DNA of 61,612 nt from an uncultured Rhodanobacteraceae bacterium. Lineage in GTDB: Bacteria; Pseudomonadota; Gammaproteobacteria; Xanthomonadales; Rhodanobacteraceae. Shown here one piece after another: positions 38,148 to 48,046 of this stretch; within the stretch, counting starts at the first letter, position 1; each line of letters opens with the position of its first letter. The position numbers were made by a program, and so were the translations under genes. The stretch is from contig CAZMXV010000001.1 in NCBI GenBank assembly GCA_964570295.1, forward strand, positions 1-61,612. The letters run 5' to 3'. The notes under the pieces are model-generated. The model was not told where the DNA came from. It made no database searches and saw only the letters and a list, made by a program, of their open reading frames with translations.

Positions 38148-38570
38148 TCAGTCGCCCAGTGTCGCCACGCACTTCAGCTCGATGGCGATCGGCGTGGGCA
38201 GGGCGGTGATGCCGACCGTGGTGCGGCAGGCGTCGATACCCTTGAAATACTCGGCGTACAGGCGGTTGTAGGCGGCAAAGTCACGTTCCATGTCGGTCAG
38301 GAACACGGTGACGTCGACCAGGTCCTCGAAACGCGCTCCGCTGGCTTCCAGCACCGCGCGCACGTTGGCGAACACCTGCCGGCATTGCGCTTCGATGTCG
38401 TGACCGACCAGCTTGCCGCGCGGGTCGTGGATGTTGCCGGGTACGGCGTCGGTGCCCGGTTCGCGCGGCCCCACGCCGGACAGGAACAGCAGGTTGCCGA
38501 CCCGGCGCGCGTGCGGGTAGGCCCCCACCGGGGCGGGAGCGCCGTCGGCACGCACGCCGTTGCCGTTCAC
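38148..38570 (-). CDS. RidA-family protein, 2-aminomuconate deaminase-like
   Basis: PVGAYPHARRVGNLLFLSG, DVTVFL, CRTTV...LPTPIAIELK; GTGA overlap with can. Confidence 0.85.
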   Translation of the reverse strand: MNGNGVRADGAPAPVGAYPHARRVGNLLFLSGVGPREPGTDAVPGNIHDPRGKLVGHDIEAQCRQVFANVRAVLEASGARFEDLVDVTVFLTDMERDFAAYNRLYAEYFKGIDACRTTVGITALPTPIAIELKCVATLGD

Positions 38571-39232
38571 GGCGTGGACTCCCAGTGCTCGACGAGACGG
38601 TCCAGCGCCTGGTCGCGGGCGTCGACGATCTGCTCGCGGCCGCGGATGTCCAGCCCCAGATCGTGGATGTGGCCGTCCTCCAGCCCGTAGATCCATGCAT
38701 GCACGGCCAATTGCTGGCCGCGCTCCCAGGCCTCGCGGACGATGGTGGTGTGGCACACGTTGATGGCCTGCTCGATGGCGTTGATCTCGCACAGGCGGGC
38801 GTGGCGGCGGGCAAAGGACTGCGACTCGTCCAGTTCGTCGGTGTGGCGCATGGCGATGTCGGTGATGTGCCGCAGCCAGTTGTCGATCAGGCCGAGGCGG
38901 CTTTCCTTCAGCACGGCACCCACGCCGCCGCAGCCGTAATGGCCGACCACGAGAATGTGCTTGACCTTGAGCACGTCGACCGCGAACTGGATGGTGCTCA
39001 GCGCGTTGAGGTCGGTGTGCACGACCACGTTGGCCACGTTGCGGTGCACGAAGATCTCGCCCGGGGGCAGGTCCACGATCTGCGTCGCGGGCACCCGCGA
39101 ATCGGAGCAGCCGATCCACAGGTACTGCGGTGCCTGCTGCTGCGAAAGCTCTTCGAAGAAGGCGGGGTTTTCCGCGGTGACGTCGTCGGCCCAGCGCAGG
39201 TTGTTGGCGAGAAGATCTTTCAGGGAGTTCAT
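38567..39232 (-). CDS. can: Beta-class carbonic anhydrase
   Basis: GCSDSR, FVHRNVAN, GHYGCGG zinc ligands. Confidence 0.95.
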   Translation of the reverse strand: MNSLKDLLANNLRWADDVTAENPAFFEELSQQQAPQYLWIGCSDSRVPATQIVDLPPGEIFVHRNVANVVVHTDLNALSTIQFAVDVLKVKHILVVGHYGCGGVGAVLKESRLGLIDNWLRHITDIAMRHTDELDESQSFARRHARLCEINAIEQAINVCHTTIVREAWERGQQLAVHAWIYGLEDGHIHDLGLDIRGREQIVDARDQALDRLVEHWESTP

Positions 39233-39320
39233 CGGTGTACCCGCGAAGAAGGGGCTAAAGGGTAAACCCTGGCGCGAAAAAACCGAAGATGGGGGCCGGG
39301 TCCGGAGCGGCTTGCCGCCG

Positions 39321-40766
39321 TTACCAGGCGATGCAGACGTTCTTCGGCTCGGTGAAGAAACGCAGCGCGTCGGCACCGCCCTCGCGGCCCATGCCGGAGT
39401 GTTTGACGCCGCCGAACGGCGTGCGCAGGTCGCGCAGCATCCAGCAGTTGGCCCACACGATGCCGAAGTCGAGCCGCGCGGCGACACGATGCACGCGTGC
39501 GGCACTGCCGCTCCACAGCGACGCGGCCAGGCCGTAGTCGGTGGCGTTGGCGATGGCCACGGCCTCGTCCTCGTCGTCGAACGGGATCAGGGTGACCACG
39601 GGTCCGAAGATTTCCTCGCGATTGGTGGCGCAGTCGGGCGTCAGGCCCTCGATGACGGTGGGCTCGACGAACCAGCCATCGGCGCAGCGCCCTTCAAGGC
39701 GCACCGCGTGGCCGCCGGCCAGGATGTCGCCGCCTTCGTTGCGGGCGCGTTCGATGCAGGCCACGACCTTGTCGAAGTGCGTTTTCGACACCAGCGCGCC
39801 GAGGTCGCTGGCCGGATCGTCCGGGTCGCCCACGCGCAGAGCCTTCACCCGCTCCAGATAGCGTGCCTTGAAGTCGTCATAGATGCCGCGTTCGACCAGC
39901 AGACGCGAGCCGCACAGACAGATTTCGCCCTGGTTGGCGAAACCGGAGCGCACGATGGTGTCCATGGCGGCATCGTCCAGTTCGGCGTCGGCGAACACGA
40001 TGGCCGGGTTCTTGCCACCCATTTCCAGGGACACCTTCTTGAAGGCTGGCGCGCAGGCCTCGGCGATGGCGCGGCCGGTGCGCGTGGAGCCGGTGAAGGA
40101 GACGGCCTTCACGGTGGCATGCGCGACAATGGCCCGGCCCACCGTGGGTCCGGTGCCGTGCACGATGTTCAACACCCCCGGCGGCAGGTCCGCCTCGATG
40201 GCCAGCTGCGAGAACAGGAACGCGGTCACCGGCGTCACCTCCGAGGGCTTGGCGACCACCGTGTTGCCGCAGGCGAGCGCCGGCGCGATCTTCCAGGTGA
40301 ACAGGTACAACGGCAGGTTCCACGGGCTGATGCATCCGACCACGCCCAGCGGCTGGCGCAACGTGTAGTTGATGGCGCCGGTCTCCATGGCGTGCGATTC
40401 GCTGTTCCAGGTGGTCACGGCGGCCGCGAAGTGGCGCAGGTTGGCCACGGCGCGCGGGATGTCCACCTTGCGCGCGAGCGCGCGCGGCTTGCCGTTGTCG
40501 CGTGATTCGGCGGTGACGAAATCGTCGAGGTTGGCTTCCAGCAGGTCGGCCAGCTTCCCGAGCCCACGCGCGCGCTCCGCGGCGGGCGTGGCGGCCCAGT
40601 CCGGCGCCGCCGCCTGTGCCGCTTCCATGGCGTCCTCCACGTCGGCGCCACCGGAGTCGGGACATTGCGCGAACACCTGGCCGGTGGCCGGTTCGAAGAC
40701 GTCCAGGTAGCGGGGGTCGGCAGGAGGACAAAGCCGGCCGTTGACGAGGTTGGCGAGGGTCAGCAT
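39321..40766 (-). CDS. Aldehyde dehydrogenase, 2-aminomuconic/2-hydroxymuconic semialdehyde dehydrogenase-like
   Basis: ISPWNLPLYL.TWKIAPALA, SLEMGGKN, NQGEICLCGSR, CWMLRDLRTPFGGVK. Confidence 0.88.
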   Translation of the reverse strand: MLTLANLVNGRLCPPADPRYLDVFEPATGQVFAQCPDSGGADVEDAMEAAQAAAPDWAATPAAERARGLGKLADLLEANLDDFVTAESRDNGKPRALARKVDIPRAVANLRHFAAAVTTWNSESHAMETGAINYTLRQPLGVVGCISPWNLPLYLFTWKIAPALACGNTVVAKPSEVTPVTAFLFSQLAIEADLPPGVLNIVHGTGPTVGRAIVAHATVKAVSFTGSTRTGRAIAEACAPAFKKVSLEMGGKNPAIVFADAELDDAAMDTIVRSGFANQGEICLCGSRLLVERGIYDDFKARYLERVKALRVGDPDDPASDLGALVSKTHFDKVVACIERARNEGGDILAGGHAVRLEGRCADGWFVEPTVIEGLTPDCATNREEIFGPVVTLIPFDDEDEAVAIANATDYGLAASLWSGSAARVHRVAARLDFGIVWANCWMLRDLRTPFGGVKHSGMGREGGADALRFFTEPKNVCIAW

Positions 40767-40911
40767 GGGCGGGCGCGCTCGGGCGGGTGGTGGCACCGAG
40801 GCTAGGCGCATGGCGCGGAGATTGCAAAAGCCGCGCGGGCCGCCACCACGGCTCGGCAACGCCGGCGCCATTCGCTATGCTGTCCCGGCTTTACATCACC
40901 AAGGAGCCGCC

Positions 40912-41865
40912 ATGTCGAGTGAACGCCGCCAGCTTTATCCCGTCATCGAGCCCTACGACACCGGCTTCCTGAAGGTGTCGGACCGGCACACGCTGTATTA
41001 CGAGCAGTGCGGCAACCCGGAGGGCAAGCCGGTGGTGTTCCTGCACGGCGGACCGGGCGGTGGCGTCAACAGCCACTGCCGGCGCTTCTTCGATCCCGAG
41101 GCCTACCGCATCGTGCTGTTCGACCAGCGCGGTTGCGGACGCTCCACCCCGTATGCGGACCTCGTCGACAACACCACCTGGCACTCGGTGGCCGACATCG
41201 AGCGCCTGCGCGAGCACCTCGGCATCGACACGTGGCAGGTGTTCGGCGGTTCGTGGGGCTCGACGCTGTCGCTGGCCTATGCCGAAACCCATCCGGAACG
41301 GGTCACCGAGCTGGTGCTGCGCGGCATTTTCATGCTGCGGCGCAGGGAGCTGGAGTGGTTCTACCAGGGCGGCGCCGACATGATCTTTCCTGATGCCTGG
41401 GAGCCCTACGTGGCGGCCATTCCCGAGGCCGAGCGCGGCGACATGATGAGCGCCTTCTACCGGCGCCTGACCAGTGACGACAAGGCGGTGCGCGCGGCGG
41501 CGGCGCGGGCCTGGTCGATGTGGGAGGGCTCCACCTGCTTCCTGTATCAGGATCCCGAGCACATGGAGGCCAGCGGCGAGGACGAGTTCGCGGTGGCTTT
41601 CGCGCGCATCGAATGCCATTACTTCGTGCATGGGGGCTTCTTCGAGTGCGACGGCCAGCTGCTGCGCGACGTCGACCGCATCCGCCACATTCCCACCGTC
41701 ATCGTGCAGGGCCGCTACGACGTGGTCTGCCCCATGAAGAGCGCCTGGGACCTGCACCGGGCCTTCCCGGAATCGGACCTGCGCGTGATTGCCGACTCGG
41801 GCCATTCGGCCTTCGAACCGGGCATCGTGCATGCATTGATCGAAGCCACGGACCGGTTCCGCTGA
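40912..41865 (+). CDS. pip: Proline iminopeptidase (prolyl aminopeptidase)
   Basis: HGGPG, DQRGCG.S, GGSWGS, GRYD..CP, GHSA; AAGGAG RBS. Confidence 0.95.
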   Translation: MSSERRQLYPVIEPYDTGFLKVSDRHTLYYEQCGNPEGKPVVFLHGGPGGGVNSHCRRFFDPEAYRIVLFDQRGCGRSTPYADLVDNTTWHSVADIERLREHLGIDTWQVFGGSWGSTLSLAYAETHPERVTELVLRGIFMLRRRELEWFYQGGADMIFPDAWEPYVAAIPEAERGDMMSAFYRRLTSDDKAVRAAAARAWSMWEGSTCFLYQDPEHMEASGEDEFAVAFARIECHYFVHGGFFECDGQLLRDVDRIRHIPTVIVQGRYDVVCPMKSAWDLHRAFPESDLRVIADSGHSAFEPGIVHALIEATDRFR

Positions 41866-41938
41866 CGGACCGGAAACACTTCTTTCGTGCGGCCGCCGTC
41901 GCCCGTCTCCAGGCCCGCTCCACCGGCAAGCGCCTTCG

Positions 41939-42616
41939 CTACGCGCCCCTCATCCCTTGTCCTTCCACACCCCGGCGCACCTGCGAAACTGCCTTGGTGC
42001 CGAAAATCTTGTCGCCCGCATCGCCCAGGCCGGGCAGGATGTAGCCGGCCTCATTGAGCTTTTCGTCGATGGAGGCGGTGTAGATTTCGATGTCCGGATG
42101 GGCGGCGCGGATGCGCTCCAGACCCTCGGGAGCGGCGACCAGGAACAGGCCCTTGATGCGTGTGCAGCCGGCGGCCTTGAGCATGTCCACGGTGGCGATC
42201 AGGGTGCCGGCGGTGGCCAGCATGGGGTCGACGATCATGGCGATGCGCTGGTGCATGCCGCCGGTGAGCTTTTCGTAGTAGGCCACCGGTTGCAGCGTGT
42301 CCTCGTCGCGCTGCAGGCCGACCACGCTGACCTTGGCGGCCGGGATCATGTCCAATACGCCGGGCAGCATGCCGATGCCGGCGCGCAGGATCGGCACGAT
42401 GGTGATCTTCTTGCCCTTGATGCGATCCACGCTGATGGGGCCGGCCCAGCCGTCGATGCGGGTGGTTTCGGTTTCCAGGTCGCGGGTGGCCTCGTAGGTC
42501 AGCAGCGCGGCGATCTCGCCGGCCAGTTCGCGAAAGTGCTTGGTGCTGATGGTGGTGTCGCGCATCAGGCCCAGCTTGTGGCGGATCAGCGGATGATCGA
42601 CTTCGACGATTTTCAT
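41939..42616 (-). CDS. upp: Uracil phosphoribosyltransferase
   Basis: [37 protein letters not shown]. Confidence 0.96.
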   Translation of the reverse strand: MKIVEVDHPLIRHKLGLMRDTTISTKHFRELAGEIAALLTYEATRDLETETTRIDGWAGPISVDRIKGKKITIVPILRAGIGMLPGVLDMIPAAKVSVVGLQRDEDTLQPVAYYEKLTGGMHQRIAMIVDPMLATAGTLIATVDMLKAAGCTRIKGLFLVAAPEGLERIRAAHPDIEIYTASIDEKLNEAGYILPGLGDAGDKIFGTKAVSQVRRGVEGQGMRGA

Positions 42617-42682
42617 GCGGGTGGCGTGGTGCTCGGCAAAGCCCAAGCATAAGCCATGCCGCGCGACCCGCTGCGGCATGGC

Positions 42683-42712
42683 AAAAAAGGGCGCGCCCCG
42701 AAGGACGCGCCC
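42683..42712 (-). terminator. Rho-independent terminator after lat
   Basis: Minus strand GGGCGCGTCC-TTCG-GGGCGCGCCC-TTTTTT. Confidence 0.85.
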
Positions 42713-42744
42713 CTGATACCGCATGTCGCGGGAGCGGTGGCGGG

Positions 42745-44241
42745 CTACGCGGCCCTGGACTCGCTCTGGCGCGGGCCCTCCAGCAACGCCTTGCGGACGC
42801 GCTCGACGATGAGGTCGACCTCGGCACTGGTGACGTTGAAGTGCGGCGTGAAGCGCAGCGAGTTGGCGCCGCCGTGAATGACGCCGATGCCGTTCTCGCG
42901 CAGGTACTCCTCGGTGGAGCCGGCGCCGTAGCACTTGAACTGCGGGGCAAGCTCGCAGGAGAACAGCAGGCCGGTGCCCTGGACCTTGGTGATCAGGCCG
43001 TCCAGCTCGTCCTTCAGCGCGTTGAGCTTGTCCACGAACTCCTTGCCGCGCATGCCGATGTTGTCGCGCACGCTGTCGCTGAGCTGGCCCAGCGTGGCGC
43101 AGGCCACGTCCAGGGCGCGCGGGTTGGCGGTCATGGTGTTGCCGTAGATGCCCTTGCGGTACAGGTTGGCGGCCTTGTCGTTGACGGCCAGCACCGACAG
43201 CGGATACTGCCCGGCGTTGAGCGCCTTGGAGAAGGTTTCCATGTCCGGCGCGTCCAGCTTCTCGAAACCGGGGTAGTCGGTGATCGAGAGCACGCCGTGG
43301 GCGCGCAGGCCGGCCTGGATGGAGTCGACCAGGAACAGCGTGCCGTGGGCGCGGGTCAGCTCTCGCGCGGCGGCATAGAATTCCGGCGTTACCGCGCGGC
43401 CCGGATCGCCTTCGCCCATCACCGGCTCCAGGAACATGGCCTCGATGAACCAGCCGTTCTCTTCGGCGTCGGCGAAGGCGGCCTGCAACTGTTCGATGTT
43501 GTAGGGCTCCACCGTCAGCAGGGTGTCCTCGTGGCGGTAGCTGGCCAGGTTCTGGACGTAGGTCTTGCGCGTGGAATCGGAATACAGCGCCGGCTCGCCG
43601 GTGCGGCCGTGGAAGGCGCCCTTGACCACCAGACGCTTGATGGCGCGCCCGGCGTGGCGTGCGCCTTCGTCGGTCATCTGCTTGGAGTTGACGTCGGCGA
43701 TGCGCGCGGCCAGCGTCACCGATTCGGAACCCGAGTTCAGGCACATGAAGCGGGTATAGGGGTTGCCGCCGCGGCGGCAGCCCAGCTCGTGCGAGAGCGC
43801 CGTGGCGAAGCGCATCTGCGCCATCGAGGGTGTCATCACGTTGGGCAACACCTGCGGTCTGGCCAACGCGTACAGAATGGACGGGTTGTTGTGGCCGAAG
43901 CCGAGCATGCCGTAGCCGCCGTTGTCATGCAGCACCGCGCCTTTCAGGGTGACGATCCAGGGACCGCGGGCGGCAGCCGGCAGGTACGGATTGACGGCGT
44001 CGTCCGGGTAGAAGTTGACGATGCCGGCCTGCGCCTGCTGCAACTGTTCGGCTTCGTCCAGCTTCAGGAAATCGGCATGGTCGGCACGCAGTGCCTTGTG
44101 CTGCTCCAGCGCCTCGGCGATGGCCTGGCCCAGCGACGGGTCGAGCTCGACAAAGCGTTCGATCGTGGCGTCGTCCAGGCCACAGGTACGCGCCGCGCCA
44201 CCAAACTCACGCATTTCGCGCAACATCTCAATCGATCCCAT
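42745..44241 (-). CDS. lat: Class III PLP aminotransferase, L-lysine 6-aminotransferase-like
   Basis: [36 protein letters not shown]; N-terminus recalls the Flavobacterium lutescens-type LAT (from memory). Confidence 0.8.
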   Translation of the reverse strand: MGSIEMLREMREFGGAARTCGLDDATIERFVELDPSLGQAIAEALEQHKALRADHADFLKLDEAEQLQQAQAGIVNFYPDDAVNPYLPAAARGPWIVTLKGAVLHDNGGYGMLGFGHNNPSILYALARPQVLPNVMTPSMAQMRFATALSHELGCRRGGNPYTRFMCLNSGSESVTLAARIADVNSKQMTDEGARHAGRAIKRLVVKGAFHGRTGEPALYSDSTRKTYVQNLASYRHEDTLLTVEPYNIEQLQAAFADAEENGWFIEAMFLEPVMGEGDPGRAVTPEFYAAARELTRAHGTLFLVDSIQAGLRAHGVLSITDYPGFEKLDAPDMETFSKALNAGQYPLSVLAVNDKAANLYRKGIYGNTMTANPRALDVACATLGQLSDSVRDNIGMRGKEFVDKLNALKDELDGLITKVQGTGLLFSCELAPQFKCYGAGSTEEYLRENGIGVIHGGANSLRFTPHFNVTSAEVDLIVERVRKALLEGPRQSESRAA

Positions 44242-44304
44242 GGCGTCCTCCGAAAACGGTGAATGGCGCTGGCCAGGATGGGTGTCAGCGCCGTAAGTGA
44301 TTAT

Positions 44305-44325
44305 GTATAAAGGGAAAACTTATAC
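44305..44325. promoter_or_regulatory. Palindromic operator candidate upstream of lat
   Basis: GTATAA-N9-TTATAC in an AT-rich patch. Confidence 0.5.
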
Positions 44326-44381
44326 GGATGTCATCATATCATGCGGTTATGAGTGGCGTAACCCCCGCCCCTGGTGGCGCG

Positions 44382-44403
44382 GTGCATGACGTCTGTCATG
44401 CAC
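44382..44403. promoter_or_regulatory. Probable response-regulator (DesR/NarL-type) binding site
   Basis: Perfect inverted repeat GTGCATGAC-GTCT-GTCATGCAC upstream of the ABC/two-component operon. Confidence 0.7.
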
Positions 44404-44470
44404 GATGTGTGTTCATGGCAACTGCGCGCTTCGAGCGTGGAGGGCCATCATGACCGGCAAGGAGGATGTC

Positions 44471-45394
44471 ATGACCCGCTCGACCGGAACGCCCGTGGCC
44501 GCCCTTCGCGGCGCAAGCAAACGCTACGGCAGACTGCAGGCCCTGGACGGGGTGGACCTGGAGGTACGTCGCGGCGAACTGTTGGCCCTGCTCGGTCCCA
44601 ATGGAGCCGGCAAAAGCACGGCCATCGGCCTGCTGCTCGGCCTGCTGCGTCCGGACGCGGGGCGTGCCGAACTGTTCGGGGGCAATCCGCAGGACATCGC
44701 CATGCGGCGCCATGTCGGCGTGATGCTGCAATCGGCCAGCCTTCCCCCCACCTTGCGCGTGGCCGAGCTGTTGCGGCTGGTCCGCAGCTACTATCCCGAC
44801 CCGCGCGGCCTCGCCGAGAGCGCCGCCCGGGCAGGAGTCACGGACCTGCTGGAGCGTCCCTGGCGCAAGCTGTCGGGCGGGCAGCAGCGGCGCGTGCAGT
44901 TTGCGCTGGCATTGTGCGGCAACCCGCGGCTGCTGTTCCTGGACGAGCCGAGCGCGGGCATGGATGTCGAGGCGAGGCAGGGCCTGTGGAAGGCCATCCG
45001 CGAGCTGATGGCCGAGGGTTGTTCGGTGGTGCTGACCACGCATTATCTGGAGGAGGCCGAGGCCCTGGCGCAGCGTGTGGTGGTGCTCGGATCCGGACGC
45101 GTGCTGAGTGCCGGCAGCGTGGCGCAACTGCGGTCCCGCGTGGCCACGGCGACCATCATGTGCCGCAGCACGCTGGATGCGGCCGTGGTGGCACGCTGGC
45201 CGCACGTGGAAACGGCCATGCGCGACGGCGAACGGCTGCATGTGACCACCACGTCGGCCGAGGCCGTGCTGCGGCGCCTGCTGGCGGCCGACACCGCGCT
45301 TGCCGGGCTGGAGGTGCGCCGTGCCAGTCTGGCCGAAGCCTTCACCGCCCTGACCGGCGCCTCGTCCGGCGATGCGTCGAGGGAGGCCGCATGA
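44471..45394 (+). CDS. ABC-2 exporter ATP-binding subunit
   Basis: GPNGAGKST, LSGGQ, FLDEP, TTHYLEEAE; GGAGG RBS. Confidence 0.93.
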   Translation: MTRSTGTPVAALRGASKRYGRLQALDGVDLEVRRGELLALLGPNGAGKSTAIGLLLGLLRPDAGRAELFGGNPQDIAMRRHVGVMLQSASLPPTLRVAELLRLVRSYYPDPRGLAESAARAGVTDLLERPWRKLSGGQQRRVQFALALCGNPRLLFLDEPSAGMDVEARQGLWKAIRELMAEGCSVVLTTHYLEEAEALAQRVVVLGSGRVLSAGSVAQLRSRVATATIMCRSTLDAAVVARWPHVETAMRDGERLHVTTTSAEAVLRRLLAADTALAGLEVRRASLAEAFTALTGASSGDASREAA

Positions 45395-46179
45395 CGCATG
45401 CAGTGCCTCCGGTTTCCCAGCCGCACGGGGGGATGCCCCGCCGGCGCCTGTTCGGCGTGTATCTGCAGGAAGCACGCAGCGAATGCCTGCGCTACGTGCG
45501 CCAGCCGGCCTTCATGCTGCCGCTGCTGCTGTTTCCGGGCATGTTCTACCTGCTGTTCGGGGTGCTGATGGCACCGTCCGGCGGGGCCGGCATGTCGCGC
45601 TACCTGCTGGCCAGCTACAGCGTATTCGGCGTGATGAGCCCGGGCCTGTTCGGATTCGGCGTGTCGCTGGCCGTGGAGCGCGACGGGGGCCTGCTGACCT
45701 ACAAGCGGGCGCTGCCGATGCCGCCGGCCGCCTACCTGCTGGGCAAGACGGTAATGGCCATGGCCGCCGCCGCCCTGGTGGTGATGCTGTTGCTGGGGCT
45801 GTCGGTGTTTCCGGGACATGTTTCGCTGCCACCGGCGCGGATGCTGCTGCTGGTGGTGGTCGGCATGCTGGGGGTGCTGCCGTTCTGCACCCTGGGCATG
45901 TGGGTGGGTACCCTGTTCAAGGGGCAGGCGGCCCCGGGGCTGTTGAACATGGTGTACCTGCCGATGGCCTTCCTGTCCGGCCTGTGGCTGCCGCTCTCCA
46001 TGCTGCCGCCGTTCGTGCGCCGCATTGCCCCGGTTTGGCCAAGCTATCATCTGAACGCCATCGCACTGGACGTGGTGGGCATGAAAAGCACCGCGTGGCT
46101 CCCGCATGTGGCCGTGCTGGCGGGGTTTTCGCTGCTGTTCCTGGGGCTGGCCGCGCGCCGCCTGCGCCACCACGGTTGA
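45391..46179 (+). CDS. ABC-2 exporter permease
   Basis: 6 TM; ERDGG.L...RALP, FLSGLW.P; ATGA overlap. Confidence 0.9.
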   Translation: MTHAVPPVSQPHGGMPRRRLFGVYLQEARSECLRYVRQPAFMLPLLLFPGMFYLLFGVLMAPSGGAGMSRYLLASYSVFGVMSPGLFGFGVSLAVERDGGLLTYKRALPMPPAAYLLGKTVMAMAAAALVVMLLLGLSVFPGHVSLPPARMLLLVVVGMLGVLPFCTLGMWVGTLFKGQAAPGLLNMVYLPMAFLSGLWLPLSMLPPFVRRIAPVWPSYHLNAIALDVVGMKSTAWLPHVAVLAGFSLLFLGLAARRLRHHG

Positions 46180-46187
46180 AGAGTAGG

Positions 46188-47420
46188 ATGGTGACCATGA
46201 CATTGCGTCCGACCCCGTCTCCGAGCCATCTGCCGGCACCACTGCGTCCGGCCACGGATTCGCTGGCGTCCCGCCTGCGGTGCGCCGGGTCGCGGCCGCG
46301 CCTGCAGGCGCTTCATCTGCTGTGGTCGTTGTGGGTGTTCTCCACGCCCCTGTTCCTGCCGGTGGGGACGTCCTACGTCTATTCGCTGCTGCTCAGCTAC
46401 CCGCTGTTCCTGCTGCTGTTCTTTCTGGTGCATGTGCGCCCGTACCGGGAAATGCGCCTGTATGCGGCCGCCATGACGGCACTGGCACTGGTGTGCATGC
46501 CCTTCAATCCGCCGGCGTGGGGCTACGCGGTGTTCGCCTGCGCGTACGTACCGATCACGGCTGGCGAGCCGCTGCGCCGGGCCCTGTGGCGCATGGCGCT
46601 GATCGAACTGGCGGTGGTGGCATGGGCATGGTGGATGCATTGGCCATGGTTGATCATCGCGATGATCGTCGGGGTGTGCAGTAGTGCCGGCTGCGGCAGC
46701 CTGATCGGCCGCGTCAATGCGATCAAGACCGCCAGTGAACGCATGTCCCGGGAGGAGGTGCGGCGCCTGGCGGCCAGCGCCGAGCGCGAGCGTATCGGGC
46801 GCGACCTGCACGACCTGCTCGGCCACACCCTGTCGCTGATCACGCTGAAGCTGGAGCTGTCGCGCAAGCTGTTCGATCGCGACCCCGAGGCGGCACGCAA
46901 CGAACTGGCCGAGGCCGAGAAGGTGGCGCGCCACGCGCTCGGCGAGGTGCGTGCGGCGGTCACCGGCATCCGTGCCACGGGTCTGGCCGGCGAACTGGCC
47001 TCGGCGCGGCTGATGCTGCGCTCCTCCGGGGTGGAGCTGGCCACGGGCATCATGCCGTCGCTGCCGGGAGCCATCGACGACACCCTGGCACTGGTGCTGC
47101 GCGAGTCGGTCACCAACATCCACCGCCATGCCCAGGCGCGCCATGCCGGCGTGGACATCCACCTGGACGGGGGACGGGTGGTCATGCAGGTACGCGACGA
47201 CGGGCGCGGAGGCGTCAGTGCCCTGGGCAACGGCCTGCGTGGCATGCGCGAGCGGGTGGAAGCGCTTTCGGGCACCCTGCGCGTGACGTCGCGGTCGGGG
47301 CAGGGGACGCTGTTGCGCATCGAGATCCCGTTGCCGGCCGCGGAAACGGAAGACTCCGGTGCCGATGAACGGGGCTGGCCGGTGCCGGCCCTGGACGATT
47401 CCACGGGGAGCCACGCATGA
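46188..47420 (+). CDS. Sensor histidine kinase (HisKA_3, DesK-like)
   Basis: ERERIGRDLHDLLGHTLS, RESVTNIHRHA, DDGRG, GNGL.GMRERV. Confidence 0.93.
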   Translation: MVTMTLRPTPSPSHLPAPLRPATDSLASRLRCAGSRPRLQALHLLWSLWVFSTPLFLPVGTSYVYSLLLSYPLFLLLFFLVHVRPYREMRLYAAAMTALALVCMPFNPPAWGYAVFACAYVPITAGEPLRRALWRMALIELAVVAWAWWMHWPWLIIAMIVGVCSSAGCGSLIGRVNAIKTASERMSREEVRRLAASAERERIGRDLHDLLGHTLSLITLKLELSRKLFDRDPEAARNELAEAEKVARHALGEVRAAVTGIRATGLAGELASARLMLRSSGVELATGIMPSLPGAIDDTLALVLRESVTNIHRHAQARHAGVDIHLDGGRVVMQVRDDGRGGVSALGNGLRGMRERVEALSGTLRVTSRSGQGTLLRIEIPLPAAETEDSGADERGWPVPALDDSTGSHA

Positions 47421-48019
47421 TCCGTGTACTGCTGGCCGAAGACCAGTCCATGGTGCTGGGTGCCCTGTCGGCCCTGCTGCGCCTGGAGTCGGACATCGAG
47501 GTACTGGGCGCCGCCGCCGACGGCGAGACGGCGTGGCGGCAGTTGCAGTCGCTGCAGCCGGACCTGCTGGTGACGGATATCGAAATGCCGGGCTTGACCG
47601 GCCTGGAACTGGCCCAGCGCGTCCAGCGCCACGCCTTGCCGGTAAAGGTGGTGATCGTCACCACCTTCGCCCGTCCCGGATTCCTGCGTCGTGCACTGGA
47701 TGCCGGCGTGGCGGGCTACCTGCTGAAGGACGCGCCGGCGGAAAAGCTGGCCGAAGCGCTGCGCACGGTGCACCGCGGCGGCCGTGCCATCGACCCGGAA
47801 CTGGCGCTGGAGGCCTGGTCCGAGGCCGATCCACTCAACGACCGCGAACGCCAGGTGCTGCGCCTGGCCGGTGAGGGACTGTCCGCCAGCGACGTGGCCG
47901 CGCGCCTCAACCTGTCCCATGGCACCGTGCGCAACTACCTGTCGGAAGCCATCGGCAAGCTGGGTGTCGGCAACCGCATCGAGGCCTACCGGCTGGCGCG
48001 CCAGAAAGGCTGGCTGTAG
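47417..48019 (+). CDS. NarL/LuxR-family response regulator (DesR-like)
   Basis: AEDQ, DIEMPG, GYLLKD, GTVRNYLS. Confidence 0.95.
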   Translation: MIRVLLAEDQSMVLGALSALLRLESDIEVLGAAADGETAWRQLQSLQPDLLVTDIEMPGLTGLELAQRVQRHALPVKVVIVTTFARPGFLRRALDAGVAGYLLKDAPAEKLAEALRTVHRGGRAIDPELALEAWSEADPLNDRERQVLRLAGEGLSASDVAARLNLSHGTVRNYLSEAIGKLGVGNRIEAYRLARQKGWL

Positions 48020-48046
48020 TGAGGCAGGGAATGGGGAATGGAGGCG

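Noticed and set aside
41939-43744. 601-aa ORF suggesting a lat-upp fusion
   Set aside because: The upstream part is an off-frame overlap of lat and crosses an intrinsic terminator; upp starts at 42616
44374-47420. 601-aa and 682-aa ORFs suggesting permease or kinase fusions
   Set aside because: N-terminal parts are alternate frames of the preceding genes; real starts are at 45391 and 46188
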